DNA of 63,953 nucleotides, counting the filler, from Octopus bimaculoides (lineage: Eukaryota): NCBI RefSeq assembly GCF_001194135.2. It is 6 parts of 6 records of this genome, joined end to end, with 100 filler letters (N's around TTAATTAATTAA, not from the genome) between each part and the next. Parts side by side here need not be neighbours in the genome. Positions count along the whole stretch, not along the records: positions 60,715 to 63,953 come from NC_069000.1; 5 more parts are not named here. One strand, given 5' to 3'. The translations under genes and the position numbers were made by a program. The notes under the pieces are model-generated. The model was given only the letters and a program-made list of their open reading frames with translations, ran no database searches and was not told where the DNA came from. Positions 61,971 through 63,953 of the stretch are shown in pieces (the first letter of the stretch is position 1; each line of letters begins with the position of its first letter).

Positions 61971-63953
61971 CGTAGGTAGATAGATAGATACATTTCTTTT
62001 ATTAGCCACACAGGGCTCAACGAAGATGGGACAAATACAATGTAGAGCTTTTCTTTTTGGGAGGGGGAAGGAAGGAAAAAAAAAAATGTGGTGGTGTCGA
62101 TCAAAAGGGATCGTAGGAAGGGAAAAAGGGGGAGTTCGATCANNNNNNNNNNGAAAAGACCACGGTAACCTTGGTCAATATTCTCATTGAAGAAACTATA
62201 ACAGTAAGTGACTCTCTTTTGCCTTTTTGTTTTATTTATTTTTTTTTTGTTCATAGGGTTATGCTCAAGATGGCTCCGTCGTTCACACGTGCCATCCTTG
62301 CTACATTCACCCATCTTTTTTTGAAGCATTCACTAGACAAGACTTCCCTTTCTACTCTCACCTTCCTCTTCAGGTGATACTTGAAGAAGTTGATGAGAGA
62401 TTGCCCAGAGAGGAAAGTCTTTGTCTCTAGACCTTTCAGACGCGTCCACCATAGATAGATAGATAGATAGATAGGTAGGTAGATAGATAAATAGATAGTT
62501 AAATATACACATATCGTACAGGCATACGTATATATGCCTATATATTATGTAAATATACATGCATGTATCTATGTAAATATCTATCTATCTACCTACCAAT
62601 ATATATATGTATACACACATAGATACATACACACACACACACACATATATATANNNNNNNNNNNNNNNNNNNNNNNNNNNNNNNNNNNNNNNNNNNNNNN
62701 NNNNNNNNNNNNNNNNNNNNNNNNNNNNNNNNNNNNNNNNNNNNNNNNNNNNNNNNNNNNNNNNNNNNNNNNNNNNNNNNNNNNNNNNNNNNNNNNNNNN
62801 NNNNNNNNNNNNNNNNNNNNNNNNNNNNNNNNNNNNNNNNNNNNNNNNNNNNNNNNNNNNNNNNNNNNNNNNNNNNNNNNNNNNNNNNNNNNNNNNNNNN
62901 NNNNNNNNNNNNNNNNNNNNNNNNNNNNNNNNNNNNNNNNNNNNNNNNNNNNNNNNNNNNNNNNNNNNNNNNNNNNNNNNNNNNNNNNNNNNNNNNNNNN
63001 NNNNNNNNNNNNNNNNNNNNNNNNNNNNNNNNNNNNNNNNNNNNNNNNNNNNNNNNNNNNNNNNNNNNNNNNNNNNNNNNNNNNNNNNNNNNNNNNNNNN
63101 NNNNNNNNNNNNNNNNNNNNNNNNNNNNNNNNNNNNNNNNNNNNNNNNNNNNNNNNNNNNNNNNNNNNNNNNNNNNNNNNNNNNNNNNNNNNNNNNNNNN
63201 NNNNNNNNNNNNNNNNNNNNNNNNNNNNNNNNNNNNNNNNNNNNNNNNNNNNNNNNNNNNNNNNNNNNNNNATGTATATATATAGATATATATTTATATA
63301 TATATTCATTTATTTGTATAAAGGTTTATTTGTATATATGTATATGTGTATGCATGTATATATGTATATGTGTGTGCATGTATGCATATATATTTGTGTG
63401 TGTGTATGTGTGTGTATATATATTTATACAGACAGATATATCTGTACATATATATGCATATATGCATATATATATTTATATAAACATATGTATGTGTGTA
63501 TGTGTGTGTGTGTGTATATATACGCACACATACACATATGTATGTACTTATGTATATATGCTTTCGTCAGTATATCAGTGTACGCCTGAATACGTGTTTG
63601 CACGTCTTATCTGGTTTTTCATTACTGTATGCATTTCTTTGTTTTGCAAAAGATGAACTAAAATATTACAACATTCCCTTTCATCATTTTTTTTACACGA
63701 TAAAGTATTAGTGATCAGTCTAGAGTGAAGATTAAGATAATATAGATAGATATCTATCTCTGTTATAACTAAAAAAGAGGTAAAGAAATAAATAGATTTT
63801 GGCTCAAGAATTCACTTTATTATTATTTTCGTTATCTCTCATTCGCACTCTCCCTCTACGCAAACACTCAACTACACATTTATGTACATGTACTTACATA
63901 TATGTATGTGTGTGTGCATGTTTGTGTATATGCATGTGTATGTGCAAATATAT
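57560..63953. repeat. Extended low-complexity zone of (TG)n, (TA)n, (CT)n and a TTTCTGTCTCTCTG-type minisatellite (60420-60614)
   Basis: Direct inspection; no credible coding capacity in the listed ORFs. Confidence 0.9.

Overview
Repeat-dense, AT-rich animal DNA from a gapped draft assembly. It has many N-gaps, five of them carrying an artificial TTAATTAATTAA spacer. The SINE families and the microsatellite load point to a coleoid cephalopod, probably Octopus (inference). Almost all ORFs in the supplied track are microsatellite, gap or transposon read-throughs. The one well-supported host coding feature is a spliced + strand MYND zinc-finger exon (22989-23156) that the ORF track misses. It has two alternative phase-compatible upstream exons and a candidate stop-codon exon at 38747. 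The rest is a layered transposon fossil record: three tRNA-derived SINE families, RTE, RTE-BovB-like and CR1 LINE relics, Penelope-like relics, maT-like, DD40/41D and DD34D Tc1/mariner elements, a piggyBac relic with its MITE derivatives, a hAT-like relic and a Helitron 3' end. The most interesting unannotated signal is a dispersed set of type I hammerhead-ribozyme motifs with palindromic stem III. One is near-complete (44903-44978), one has an intact core (30935-31020) and several are decayed. This architecture is known from Penelope-associated, dimer-cleaving ribozymes. A CpG-richer unique region at about 53.4-56.5 kb may hold divergent 5' exons (weak). All translations and alignments were done by eye and most element boundaries are approximate. 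No CRISPR array, rRNA or intact tRNA gene was found.
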